Below are positions 1 to 12,615 of a DNA stretch of 64,000 bases, in pieces. The DNA is taken from the NCBI GenBank assembly GCA_036172245.1, contig JAYWIR010000088.1, forward strand, positions 186,001 to 250,000. The letters are read 5' to 3'. The notes beneath the pieces are model-generated. The model made no database searches. It worked only from the letters and a program-made list of their open reading frames with translations, and was not told the DNA's origin. Made by a program: the position numbers and the translations under genes. The number at the start of each line of letters is the position of its first letter. Position 1 is the stretch's first letter. This stretch comes from Raillietiella orientalis. Taxonomy: Eukaryota.

Positions 1-2014
1 ACTTATGACTGATGTCCACAGTGCATTTTCCCTGAAAAATACCACAAATTCACTGACAAACACTGATCAATCATTGACGATCAAATATCTCTCGTCTTGA
101 TTTTATTCTTTTGGAGACTCCCAATTCCCAATCAACCTCATTGCAATAATCAACGGGTCAGCTGCATGATTTCCTGACAAAAAGTTTTATGCATAAGAAT
201 ATTTTCTGAAGCAGTAACGCAACCGTCCTTGTCATAAAGGTGTATTCAATTCGACAATTGATATGAATATGTATCCGAATTCGACCAAAATAAATTAGAA
301 ACGGGTTTTACGTACGAAGCTTGATCGGGTTATCTTCCTCGCAGAAAACCCAAAGGGGAAAAACCCGTCTGAACCCGAGCTTCCGTGGCTACAATTTAAA
401 TTCAGGCAAGAGCAACTCGCTACAAGAACAATCTACTTGGACATTGACAATGCCATCAACTTGTTAAGAACACGTGCACCGCTCTTTCGCAGGGTTCCCC
501 ATTCCTTGCGAACCGCACGCCAGTTTCCGTCAGTCTAATGGTCTTTTTCCGAGATTTCACCAGTTCCATCAACATTGTCCATTCGGAATCGAATCATTGC
601 TTGCTCCAGGTTATTTGGAAGCTATCGGTGATCTCAATGTTTTGAAATGAGATTTCGAAGTTTTAATTTTTTAATCTCGAAAAACCGACTTCGACCTCGA
701 TTAATTGTAAATTTCTAATCCAGGAATTCAAGCTTGTTCATTTATTCATCGAAAGGATGAAAAATTACTCAAGCGTCTATCAAACTTTTAATGGCCACTG
801 CTCCCTTTCTTCGATGATGGCAATCAATATTCACATCATAAAAAACACAGCAGTCGCTTTTTCTTTATCACGTGTTTAGTTGATATATAGAAGCACAACA
901 TGAACCATTTTGCTAACGGTCTTTTCCTCTCTTCCTGTTTTTTGTTGGTAAAATGCCTGTTAGTAATATATGAATTCTGAAGGCACCACTAAAGTACACA
1001 ACTGTCCAGTTTGGTTACTTCAAATAGAACGAAATTGTTCCAACATATATGAAAAATATAGTGCTGTTGGATATAAGGTCAGTAATTCCAGCCATATATT
1101 TTTTAATATTTGCATCTGTTGCTAATTTGTTCAGGTCCATTCATCTGAATTTGTGGAGATTTTCGCTATTGCAGAACGCTATTGCTATGACGTATTTTAT
1201 TTTATTTTACCCCTTTTATTTCTGTTGATCACTGCACTAAATTGAGTCTGATTTGATGCAATGTCATGCGTCATTCCAACACATATTGAAGATACAGCTA
1301 CTTCTTTAATTATTTTGAACTTCTCTAGTTCCTCTTATTTATTTTTCCGATTTTTCCGTCACCTGAATTAGTTCATATAATTGCATTCTACTGTGTTTGT
1401 AAGGAAGGAATAATTATGATCCAAGGTACAATAACAATCATATGCAAGCAGACTTCATTGCTGTTCTCGCATAGACAAGAATACTGTTTTTACAATTTCA
1501 ATTAGATCCTTTTTCTGATAAACGAACTAATTTTATGATAACTTCCGAACGGTAGGGTAATGAGTACGCCCTGTATTTGCAACTGCTTCAGAAATTGATC
1601 TCCAATGCAACTACTCTTTCTTCTTTAGTGAGAAAATGAGCATCTTAGAAGGTTTTTTTCATTCCATTCGAAATTATGAATAATCAATTAATTGATCCAG
1701 TGAATCAGTGTCTACATCACACAAAACCTTTGATAAATTTGAAATAATTAATGCTTTCGAAGAAGAATTGTATGTTGGTAACACGGAAAAAAGAACACTG
1801 CTGGTATCCGGCTGTTGGATTGCGGGCGGCTTGTTGTGCACGTGCCTCGAAAATGTGCGTTTGTCGGAAAGAACGTTCATAGATCCTAGAAAGAAAACTC
1901 ACAAGTAAGTGTTCCCAACATTGGTATCCGGCATTTGGAGATTAAGTGTATTTGCAGGAATTCAGTTTTTTTAAAAGTTTTTTGTTACTTAATGTATGAA
2001 ATCTATTGTTTAGG

Positions 2015-3481
2015 ATGGTGGATGCAAAAAAGTTACCCGCGGTTCCAGAAACCATCCTTAAAAGGAGAAAAAGAACTATAGAGAACAGAAAAAAGAGATT
2101 GATTGCATTAGCCCAGGTATGTTATTAAGGTCCAAAATTTACTATGACAGAGAGGCATACTTGCATGTAGCTTCCGAGCATGCATAGAATACTTTGCGTA
2201 CAGTATTTGGAAAATAATTTTTGTAGTACGGTAAAACATGCATGATCGTATGCGTTACGCGGCGTGTGGCTTGATATGCATTTAAGTTTTTGAAGTTTGT
2301 CCTCAGTTCGTGAAACGTGTTGTGCCGTTTTCCACAAAATTGATCATTTTGATTAATTATTAATGGTGTAACTTTTCTTCAGTCAAGGAAGAAGAGAAAG
2401 TGGAAGAGGCACGAAATCTTTAAGAGAGCCGAACAGTACATAAAAGAATACAGAACTAAAGAAAGAGATTTGATCCGGCTGAAAAGACAGGCCAAGCAGT
2501 GTGGACATTTCTATGTTCCTGATGAACCAAAGCTTGCTTTTGTAATTCGTATTCGTGGGTAAGCTGCAAACCTAAGGATACATAACTTTACCAATGTTAT
2601 TTTCAAGAATTAATGGAGTTCATCCCAAGATAAGAAAGGTGCTTCAGCTGTTCCGTTTGAGACAAATCAATAATGGTGTATTCATGAAACTTAACAAGGT
2701 TTGCTTTGCTTGAGTTTTTTAATGGCCTCTGTTGTTTGGGCAGTGGGTCTCTTCTGAGACTTCACAATAAACAAGAGGCAAAGTTAAATCAGATTTAATC
2801 TCAACAATTCAATATTTGTTGATTCATGCTCTGATGACAATAGGCATCCATCAACATGCTTCGCATAGCAGAACCATACGTGGCCTGGGGTTATCCAAGT
2901 TTAAAAACAGTTAGGCAGCTGGTTTATAAACGTGGTTTCGCCAAGATTAATCACCAGCGAGTTCCGATTCATCGGAATGAAGTAATTGAAAAAAAGTTAG
3001 GTAATCATTTTCTTTGTTATAAGCACAGATTTTATAATTCTAAAACTTTGCAGGAAAATTCAACATTATATGTATTGAAGACTTGATCCATAGCATCTAC
3101 ACTGTGGGAAAGTATTTTCGTTATGCCAATAATTTTCTATGGCCATTCAAGGTGAGTTGGAATGTTTTCTAATTTCCTGACATTTTCCTTGGAGAAGCTG
3201 TTGCTATCTCCTTCCAAAATGTCAGAAAACAATGTCCAAGGTCTATCCTGCGAACTAGTTTTCTTTTTCGTGGTATTAATTGGCACATGTTTTATGCAGT
3301 TTGCATTTTCGGATGTACAGATAACCTCCACACGTTTTTTTTTTTGTAATGTTTTTTTTCCTTTTGTTAGTTAAATACGCCTACTGGTGGATGGAGGAAG
3401 AAAACAAACCATTTTGTAGAAGGAGGAGATTTTGGCAACCGAGAAAATTTCATCAATGAACTCTTGGATCGGATGATTTGA
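2015..3481 (+). CDS. RPL7: 60S ribosomal protein L7 (uL30), 244 aa; coding exons 2015-2116, 2383-2558, 2608-2698, 2844-3000, 3054-3151, 3371-3481
   Basis: Spliced translation [19 protein letters not shown]...[24 protein letters not shown]...LRQINNGVF...[14 protein letters not shown]...[32 protein letters not shown]. All introns are GT-AG and phase-compatible. A probable 5'UTR exon ends at 1904 (GTAAGT at 1905). Confidence 0.97.
2131..2339 (+). ncRNA. Candidate intronic H/ACA-type snoRNA (RPL7 intron 2117-2382)
   Basis: Hairpin TCCAAA..ACT/AGTATTTGGA, then an AAATAA H-box-like motif, a long second hairpin ACGGTAAAACATG/CGTGTTGTGCCGT, and ACA at 2334-2336. No target identified. Confidence 0.4.
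2724..2842 (+). ncRNA. Intronic H/ACA snoRNA predicted to guide LSU rRNA pseudouridylation at GCAUGAA-U-GGAUUAA
   Basis: Two hairpins (GCCTCT..AGAGGC; ATCAGA..TCTGAT) with an A-rich hinge and ACA at 2837-2839. The 3' pocket strands TTAATC and TTCATGC are complementary to conserved LSU GCAUGAA U G GAUUAA, with 14 nt from pocket to ACA. Confidence 0.8.
3175..3335 (+). ncRNA. Candidate intronic H/ACA snoRNA (RPL7 intron 3152-3370)
   Basis: Hairpin CTGACATTTT..AAAATGTCAG with internal loop, followed directly by canonical H box AAAACA (3226-3231) 14 nt from the pocket. Weaker second hairpin; ACA at 3330-3332. Confidence 0.55.
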
Positions 3482-6039
3482 AATGTTATTGATCGCACTC
3501 GAGAAATATCATCAGGTCTAGTTCTGCTTCAGCTTTCTTGTGTTCAGTGATGGAAGACAATATGATACCTCCTTGTCCATTTTTTATGGCATGCAAGTTG
3601 TTTGTTGACCTGGAAATTAAAACAATATTTGATATCAAATTTTCATTCCAATGGGAGATGTTGACTTTGATGTTAACTAGGAGGATTTAACATCAGGCAA
3701 TCAAAACCCATGATTTTGTAGAAATATGGGGATCAGACATCCATGGAAAGTAACAAGGATGCCATTACTTACATTCAGGAAATCCAGAGATCTGGGAAGA
3801 GCAAGTGACCTGCAAAAAAGTCAAAATCATTCTGTTGTGCAAGGGTTCTGAGTTTAGAAATGAAGATGTTTCAGTGGCCCGGGAGAAATTATTCTGAACC
3901 AGCCCATAGTAAGAGTGAAACCAAAAAGGAATTAGATTCTTGATTCAGAGTAGGTAGTTTTTTGTAGTCACTCCTTTTTCCCCCAAATGGATTCTCAATG
4001 TGTTCCAAAGGCAAGTTAGCATTAAACAACAGGAGGGCAGAAGCATTCTTGTCATCATGATTTCAGTTGCTCAAGATTAATTCTCTATTCAAGGAGTGGT
4101 TTACCTTATTCATTTTCGCCTTCTAGTACGCATTCACATTGTTTCTGCTGCTTTCCTTTGCCAGTGATGGCTGTGAAAAAAAATTGATTTACGAGCTCAT
4201 GCAAATGTTTTTGTGCTGACAAGTAGCTCTTCTCATTATTTGAAGAAATAGATGGTATTCCTTCTATTATTATTTGAGTATTCCTGTGTGCCTAATTTTC
4301 CCTTTCTTCCTGCACAAAGGGAGTAGGAATGCAGCATCGTATTAGAAGGTTTATGTTGCTTATTTGGCGGATAAGAGAAAGTTCGAGGTTCCACCAGCTC
4401 GGTTTTACTTCCCGTCTGCAGAAGTTTTGCACCGTTGGTTGTATCGTCAGTTTGCATTGAGGTTTTTGCGTCATCGGATCAAGGCGCCAATCCGTTGCTT
4501 GTGCTCTTTTCGGCGGTGGTGTTGGAGGTCAGTTTTGGAGACCTACGCAAGCGACTTCTGCGCCCCTTCTTAAACGTGATCTACGCATTTGCCTAATTCT
4601 TGCCTGAACGTTGGTTCTGAAGGGTGTCATATTTCATCGCGTGTTGCAGATCTCGTGCGAGTTTCGCGTCCCTGGAGTGAAGAGGGACCGGAGCTCCCAG
4701 CTGGATGTATCCCTCCGTGGACATTCCCTCGTGTGGGCACGGGGATTCGCAAATTGCCAGAGTAGGGAGATGCGTCCTGGCACCCATCCTTGAGCAGGGA
4801 AGCCGCATTCGTCCTGCGTAGTGGTTGCAGTTGTACTTTTGGACGAAGTGTTCTTGCAATCACTTGGGAAATACGCACTTTTTGCAATTTGCAGCGATCG
4901 AAGTAAGGTGAAAGATATGCATGCTGAATGTACGCAAATGTGCCTTTTGGGGGAAGGGCATGGCATGGCCCATCTGGCATCACCCCCATGAGACGTTAGG
5001 AAAACATTCGCCTGCCACTTTCGTCTAATGTCGAACATACTGAAATTCACTCCTCGAGGTCTGCGGGATCGCGGCGACTATCGTAATCGATTGGCGTCAC
5101 CCTATTCAGGTGTTACTTCCATTCGTTTTTCTAAAGAACAGTGTAGGGAGATTCAATCCTGCATTCGGGTATTCAATCCAACGGAACATTTATGACAAAG
5201 TAGGCTGAATGTTGCGCACTCTTTTAGAATCGGTTCCGTCACCGTGCTGTGGTTTTTTTCTTCGTCCATGTTCATCGGAACGCATCACCATGAGGTCAGT
5301 CGGAAATGGATTCGCGCAGTTAAGAAGATATTTCTATCTTGGCTTCGAAGTGGAAGGATCGAAGTCGAAGGGAGGCCCGGAGTGCTCGGTCTCGGCTGAC
5401 GTGCGACGCGCCATCAGCGCTGCCACTCATCGCTGTAAGCGGCGGCGCCTCCAAAGCGTGGACTCGGTGGTGCTGCTGCCAGGAGACGCCCTTTCAATCC
5501 GCAAAGAGCAACGCACGCGTCTCGACGAACCATTCGCTTTCAACGACCTTTTTTTTTGGCCATCGAATTGGAAAGCACCAGGAGAGAATAGCCTGCCAGT
5601 TAGAGCTTGTTGCTCACCCTCTCGGCTGCTGGAGGTGCGCCTCCTGCCGAAGAGAAGAGACCTAAACAGCGGGCGTCCGAATACGCTAGTGAACTCGAAC
5701 AGCGAGTTCTTTCCGAAGCTGTGGAATGGGCGCCTTGGAGGCATGGCCGAATCCTTAGTAAACCCGTAGCGGACTGCGCTGCTCCCGGGCGTTCCATGAA
5801 TGCCAGCCTTTCCTTTGCGTGGACCCGGCTTCGGTTGCGGCTCCAACTGGGTCCCATGCAGCGTTGCTATGGCTTTCGCCGGGGAACGGGTTCCCCGGGA
5901 GCTGCAGAATTCTCGCGGGATCCGTTCTCAGGGAGGATTTAGCGCAGCGCTATGGACTCGCCTCGGCGTGCGCGTTGCACCTCCTTCACGGTGGGCGCTG
6001 GTGCTTCGAAGTCACCCTAGGAAAAAATCCAGCGAGGAA

Positions 6040-6300
6040 GCCATCAAGTCCATCATGACGGACATGGAAACGCAGACAAGGAAATGGTTTTCGTGATATG
6101 AGAAGACATGGAAACGGTCTTTATGGAAATGCCATGAAGTGCAACGGATGTCATCTCGATGCACACACCTTTTTTCTCTTTGAAAACTTGGCACCAATGA
6201 TGCGCAAACTAGCCACATTCTTTTCTGAACCTGGCTATTCGGGGGGTTCATCAAATCATCCAATGGAGACTGACATCACTCTCCAGCAGAGCGTCAAGTG
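6040..6300. repeat. Diverged repeat, inverted homolog of 21030-21290
   Basis: Shared blocks ATGGTTTTCGTGA, CCAATGAT, TTCTTTTCTG, GGCTATTC and TCCAATGGAGACTGAC occur in reverse complement at 21030-21290. Confidence 0.8.
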
Positions 6301-8186
6301 CCTACTTTGACTGGTGAGCAAGCTGTGTGGTACATGGATAAGGAGATGGGATTCAAGGGAATGGCTTGATCCTCACAATTCTCGGGACAAAGGTGACATC
6401 TCTGCAGTGCATAGCAGCTGTTACAAACTCTTGACCTTTTTATATGCATCAGTACAGGATTTCTTCCAAGGAGAGTTACATTAGTCGATAAAGGAATTCA
6501 AAATGCCTCTTAAGCATGAGGAATTGGTGCAATTCATGTCAGGTTCCATCGAATGAGAATTTGAGAGGCTCAGTAGAGAAATCAAGAGCATCTGAACTTG
6601 CATTTTCCCAGAGAAGAGCCTGCTCTTAATGCAGGTGTGTGTTGGTATCTTCAGTGAGAACACAATGTGCACTTTTGAATAAATCGAGTCGGAATAAATA
6701 GATACCTGAGGTAGGAATTCACTTCTGCCCTTCAAAAGCTATTCGGCATTTTTCAAATACGGCAAGCACTGCTAACTCATCAGATGACCTGCGCGTCTGG
6801 GAGGAGCAACCACCTTGGTGAGCTGGCGGAAGTCCGGGCCATGGACTGGGACCAGCTGCCAGCGGCCTTGGAGCTGCTCCAGAGAATGGAGTGGTTTGGT
6901 AGATGCAGCAGTTCTGGAGACAGTTGCGCCAGACCTGTTCCCTCAAGACCTTGTCGGATTTCCGATGGCCCACTCCTGTCCGGCCATTCCCTGGTAGTGC
7001 CGAAACATGGCAGCTGATCCAGGAGGGAGTCGACATGCACGACGCTGCTGACAAGTCGAATCTTCCAGACTCCAGTCTGAAGTCTGCTGGGTGCTCTGTG
7101 CTGCTGGGAAACCTCTGCAAGGGAACCGTGGTCAAGTTCCTGGAATCCTCACCGTGTCACAACAGACGGCAATGCAGGCTATTCCCGTTTTTCTGTCCTA
7201 CTTGTTCACTTCAGCCCATACCTTATTTCCAGCCAAGTCTGCATTCCAGAGTGTGCTGGCAATTCCGTGGTTTCTCGGTTACTTGATCATCCAGCTGGAT
7301 GTTACCGTCTAGGTCACAGGTTTCACCACAAAGCACATCTATTTACTAGTAACACCTAGCAACCTGATTGCAGCACCAAAAAGGTTCCCTGTGTTGCCTC
7401 CAGGCAGCTCCTTAACCGTCCGAGTTCTCTTTTCTTGTCAGGATCGGACTTGAGAAGACGACCCACAAGGCTTGCTTCACCTTTGTGCCCACTACGAGTA
7501 AGCCGTGGGCTCAGAGGTGCTGCAGCACTTCCTGAGCACTGAACACACCACTTGCAGCCACTCTCAACACAATACAACAAAGTGAACATAGCAATGTGCC
7601 CGCAAGATGAAGTATCCTGCGAGATCGCGGGAAAGAAGCATCAACTGGTTGACGCATGCACCACCTCCGTCCTTCCCAAAGGGATTCTTCGCCAGACGGG
7701 GCTCCTGGAGGAATGTCCAGGACATTGCTCCTGGAGGGATAGAAATTTCCGCAGTGCTTGTGCGCAGATGCAGGCTTCTCCTGAAGTGAAGGGACTCGGC
7801 ATTGCAGTTGCTGCAATGGGGCGGTCTCGTGCAAGGCAAGAGTCCACCGCCGGACGAGGGGGAGTGCGGCCTCAGGTTGTGCCGGGTGCGGGGAACGGGA
7901 AACCTTCCCACACCTGTTGTTGGATTGCCCTCCTGAGTGCCTGGCCATGCTTCGCTGCGGTTCTCTCACTCCCTATGGGCAGCCGCAGAGAGCTCTTCCG
8001 GTGACCTCTCCACGCGCGACTCGATGTAGCTTCCGTTGCTGCTTTGCGCTTCCTTCGTGGGATCGTGGCGGCGAGATGCCAACAAAAGAAAGAAGTTGTT
8101 GAGATCCTCCAGAGGATGCTGAGGACGCCAGAAAGAAATGTGTGATCCTTTCCCTTCTCCCTTAACATATTTTTAAGCTGCACTTT

Positions 8187-8204
8187 TGTGTGTGTGTGTG
8201 TGTG
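8187..8204. repeat. (TG)n microsatellite in a retroelement 3'UTR
   Basis: About 9 TG units, seen directly. Confidence 0.9.
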
Positions 8205-8899
8205 TTTTTGTTTTTGTTTACCCTTTCTCGCACTCTTTCCGTGAGGACCTCATCGGGAAGGCTGTTCACGATAAGTAGGGCCCCCGCGACATTTTCCCTT
8301 GCAGTGGTGATGTGAAGCCACTACGAAGAAAGGCATTTTTATATTTCATATGACTGTTTTGTTGTTGATATATTTCTATATTTCTGTAAACGCCCCGGGC
8401 TTGACTAGGTGAAAATTCAGGATGCATGGGGAGCCGCATTTTCCAAGTTCAAGCAATCTTTCCCCGGTGGCATCTGATGGTCCAGGCTTCGACCCATGCT
8501 TCCTCAGTGTAGATGCTCGCGGCTGAGTGGAGCACGTGGAGTCAAGCGCCATTAAGTACCAATTTTCTCCACGAATGACAGGAAATGTCTGACTCCATCT
8601 TACGGAGAGCATCCGGCAGCCTTTCGGGGGGGGCGCCGCACCCCCGTCACGGTTCGGCGAACTGCCCAGCCGGCCTGAGAACACCTCTGCAGTGCGCGGA
8701 GCGTCCCCACAACTGGACTGTCGCTGACTGCGGTCGATAGGTGGAGCCGTCTCTGCCTGTGCGGCACTGCCGCTTAGCCGTGTGAAGATCTGGGGATGTG
8801 ACTTTCTTTCTCTTTGGCCGGATGGCTGCACTGAAGGAGCGGTGCATCTTTTGTCTCTCCATTAACGTGAAGCGTGGCTGCTTGAGGTGATTGACACCT

Positions 8900-10750
8900 G
8901 AGGGAGAGAGAGTAATTAGGATGCTCTCAGAGTGATTCTACGTCCTCTGATCTCCCAAGGATATGGCCTAGAAAGTGCCGTGTAGTACCTAACGAAGTGG
9001 CTCCTCACGGCCCTCGCACACCAAGCCTCAGCGCTGTCTACATCAGACCAAAGACGGAAAAGTTGTCTACAAGGGGAATGACAGCTTTCCTTCCCCACTG
9101 CAGGAGTAGAACGACTGGAAGGCCAGTGGAATGGTAGAGGGTCGCTGTCCCAAGGCCGGACTGATTCGCCAGGCAGGACTCTTGAGCATGCATTCCGAGT
9201 AACTCGTCTTCCCTCTCCTGCAGGTGAGCTTTTCGGTGCTCTCCTCCAGGTGGAAGCACGGTTCGGTATGATTTTCCCACTGGGTTCTACAGCTTAATGA
9301 CGTTTCTCTCTTCAGGGAGTAGTATCTCTTCAAGCTGCACCAAGGGCGGGAGGCAGTCGACCCGCCCCCTCACCTGCAGTGCTCTGCGCGACATTTGGTG
9401 ATGGATGACGGAGAGCTGCTTCATGCAGAGGACACCCCTAGAGAATGGCTGCGACACTCGTTCTCCGCACGTGGTGAACTTTCGCATGCCTCTGTGATCT
9501 CGCGACGCTGCGTTTTGTGCACGGCATCGCAACCCACGCCCCGTGCAGTATCGTCAGCACCAGAAGGAAGCCACACGGATGGTGTTCGCGATTCAGAGGA
9601 CTAAACCGATACGTTCCATCTTATCTTCCAAAAGAAGTCTCTCTGGAGATGGCCTCTATTGCGCACAGATTGCAAACGATGAAGGGCGTTGCGATTAAAT
9701 ATTTCTATTTCCTTCTTCTCTTCCTTTTTCAAATCGAGCTTTCCCTCTGTTCTGTATATCCTTCGATCCCGAACGGTTTTCCCAGATACTTATATGCTTC
9801 TGAGATTGTTATGTTCGGGATGTTACTGCTGCTTACTTCCAGTTTTTCCTCTTAGTCCTCAAGGGGTTCTGCTGGAGAGGAAGAGACCAGCGCATTTCTC
9901 AGGATTAACGGTAAGTCCGGCTCGGCTTGCAAGTTCAGAGCAACACAGTCCCTGCTGTAATCTTCGGAGTTGTCAGACAATAGAACAGGATCATCGGCGT
10001 ATGCTAGGAATGCCTTTTCACCGTAGCTCTCCTGCATTGCTCGAAGGAGTGGCTCCAAGGTAGATAACAGAGCACTCAGCGGAGCATCCTTGTTTCCCTC
10101 CGCGCTGAAGAAAGAAAAAGGTCTGGTTGCCGCTGACTCCAGATGAATGTAGGTTGAACTGTTGGAATGTGGCTCCCGGATCAATGTGAGGAATGGTGAG
10201 CCTACTCCTTCTGCTTCCAGTGTGTTCAGAAGCATGCCACGGCGGATGTTCCCCAAAACGCTTGTTAGATCCAAAAAGACGATGCCGATATCTTTCGCGG
10301 AGCGAAATTGGGGACCAACACATCATCAAAGGGGAGAAAGCCCTTTCGTTGAGGGCAGATAATGTTCTCCGAAATCCATTTCCCAAGTCTGACTGCCAAA
10401 CTTTCTGTGCAAAGTCTATAAGTACTATCTCAAAGAAGGCCATGGTTTTTGGGTAGGTGACAGGTGTCATCCCTGTCGAGCTGATGTCATTATCGGCTTC
10501 TTTTATGAGTTTCGTTGCGGGACGATCCACATGAATCATCCTGCATCGCAGAAGAGCTGCACGAGCTCCTGAGCTTGCGAGATGGCGCTTCATCTGACTC
10601 TCGATCCAGGTAGTTCAGCATTCAGCTTGCGATTTCCTGTCATTTGCGGGTCCTCCAGATGATCTGCAGGCGACCGCTTTCCGATCAGGGGGTTCTCTAA
10701 TGGATTCTGAACACGAAAACGGGACTCCAGGCACTCGATTTCACTGCCAC
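8900..10750 (-). mobile_element. Decayed non-LTR ORF2 (RT core and C-terminal region)
   Basis: ORF 9852..10274 has PLSALL..LEPLLR..LAYADD, followed by YKYLGKPFG. ELLGM..VLLLQWG at ~9050-9220 resembles the C-terminal block of the other copies. Confidence 0.75.
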
Positions 10751-12615
10751 CTGCAGCGATCTTGTTTTCCTTTTTAAAGGCGAAAAGTCGAGCACCTGAC
10801 GTGAATGAGCTTAAAATCCCACTTGGTCCTGGAGCAGCAGTAGCAGCATATCGCTCGGAGGAACGTTCGGTGAGTGTCGGAAGGAGATTTGTTCGAACCA
10901 GGATCCGGGTGTGGGTTGACTCGACTCGTATTGCTACTTGCAGCGGGGAAGGAGATGCGCTGCAGGCGGTCCGAAAGGCGCGCTTTGCTTTCTTGCAAGA
11001 TTCGCGCTCTGGCGCCTCGAAGGCGCTGGATCCGTGATCGGAGCCAAAAGAGTTCTGTGGCGTGCCAGAACGCCAACAAGGGGAATCTCGGAAGGAGAGA
11101 GGCTATAGGATGAGCGAAAGGGTTTCTGCGATGATGTCGCTATCCAGAAGTGTGAGTTTCTGTGATCCCATGACTTCAAGGCGACTTCTGGAAGCAGGAT
11201 GGCTAACACACCGTGCGCAAGACGGGAAGTTCCTCATGAGAGCTCACGGCTTTTCTACTCGATCGATTGGTGATTCTTGGCGCTGCTTGCTTGTGACACT
11301 TCAAGATGTTTTCCCGAAACATCTCCTTGCACTTTGCATCAGACTGAATGCACCCATTTTTTCCGTTTCGTACCAGGATGAACTCCGCCGTACACCAGAT
11401 AAGCAGCAAGCTGTGCCACCACCACCTGCAAGGAATGGAGTTGCCGATGGGGTGTTTCTGGGCCATTGCATTTTACGTTTATTGCCTGAATCTTTCCTGG
11501 ACCGTAGGACAGGGCCAATCCAGGTGAGCTGTCGAGTGGTCCTCTGTGCTTCAACCTTTTTTTCTTCCTACCCTGGAGAGGCTCTTTGTTGATTCTCTTC
11601 CTTCCCAATTGCAGCGAGGTTTCCCTTCAACGCGCTCTAAGTCCTCGAGCGGCTCTGAGGTGGTGCTGAGTGCGGGAATACAAGGAAAACCAAGATTCGG
11701 GTCAGGGGATGCGAGTGAACCTCGGCCGTCGTTCCAGAGTCTGCTCTGGGATTCTCGTAGAGCATCGTGGCGTGCGTGCCCGTAGAGTCCATAGCCGTAG
11801 GCGAACGCTCACGATGTCCTTAAATCCTCTGTGATCCCGATCCGTGCAGGACGGTGCGCTAGTCGGTGCGTCTTGGCGGCCTCGGCTACCCACTCGACTC
11901 CGAACCCTCATCGGTACGTGTCTCTCGTTCCCCGTGCGAGCCACGTAGGAGTGACTCCCCAGCCACGGACACGCTGCCCTGGCTTCATTGCTTCTGCGCT
12001 CCTGCTCCTCCATTCGTCCTTCATCCCTTTCGAATCCAGCTCCACCTGTGCATCCAGGAAGAGCTCCGGGAGAGGAACGGGTCCATTCCTCTCGCGCCTT
12101 GGAGAGATCCCGGAAAGGAACCTTTCCTTCATTCTCTCCGGGGGGACCTTCAAAGGGGATGCTTTACCAATTCTTCTCCGAAGGGAACTCGGAAGGGATC
12201 CACTCCTGAAATTTCTTTCCCGGAAGGAACCCACCCGCAAGGGAACAACTCCCTCTTCCTCCACCTCTGAAGAGACGCTCCCCGAACGGGAAAGCGCGCT
12301 TCTTCGCACTATGCAACCAGTTCCTTGGTTCCCGATGGAGAACCTTTCCCGCCCGAGGTGTGGATAGGCATCCGTTCTTTGATTCCTGGGAGACTCCGGA
12401 GGGTCAACTCCCAAGTTCCGGCCACTCCACGGAGGCATCCGAGGGTTTCCAGCTCCCACCAGTGCCGCGCCCGAATAGGTCAACCAGAGCCATCCTGCGG
12501 AAACCTGAGAGGGCTGGAAACCTCCAGGGAGCACCCTTTCTCGGGGTTCGACCATTTCCCGTGTAGGATTGGAACCCGCGACGCTTGACACCACCACAAG
12601 ACGGCCTCCGGTTCT

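Larger units (their letters stand above)
5400..8415 (+). mobile_element. Decayed L1/Tx1-like non-LTR retrotransposon ORF2 pieces with 3'UTR and 3' terminus (probably composite)
   Basis: LDEPF..KAPGENSLP..VRLLPKRRDL..RP.TLVN (5480-5800) matches the RT N-terminus at 50160-50810. C-terminal zinc finger CAGCGERETFPHLLLDC at ~7880-7930. 3' end TAAACGCCCCGGGCTTGACTAGGTGAAAA at 8387-8415. Confidence 0.75.

Noticed and set aside
1..1700. Minus-strand gene upstream of RPL7
   Set aside because: Acceptor-like TTTTCAG sites exist, but I could not assemble a stop-free, recognisable exon chain.
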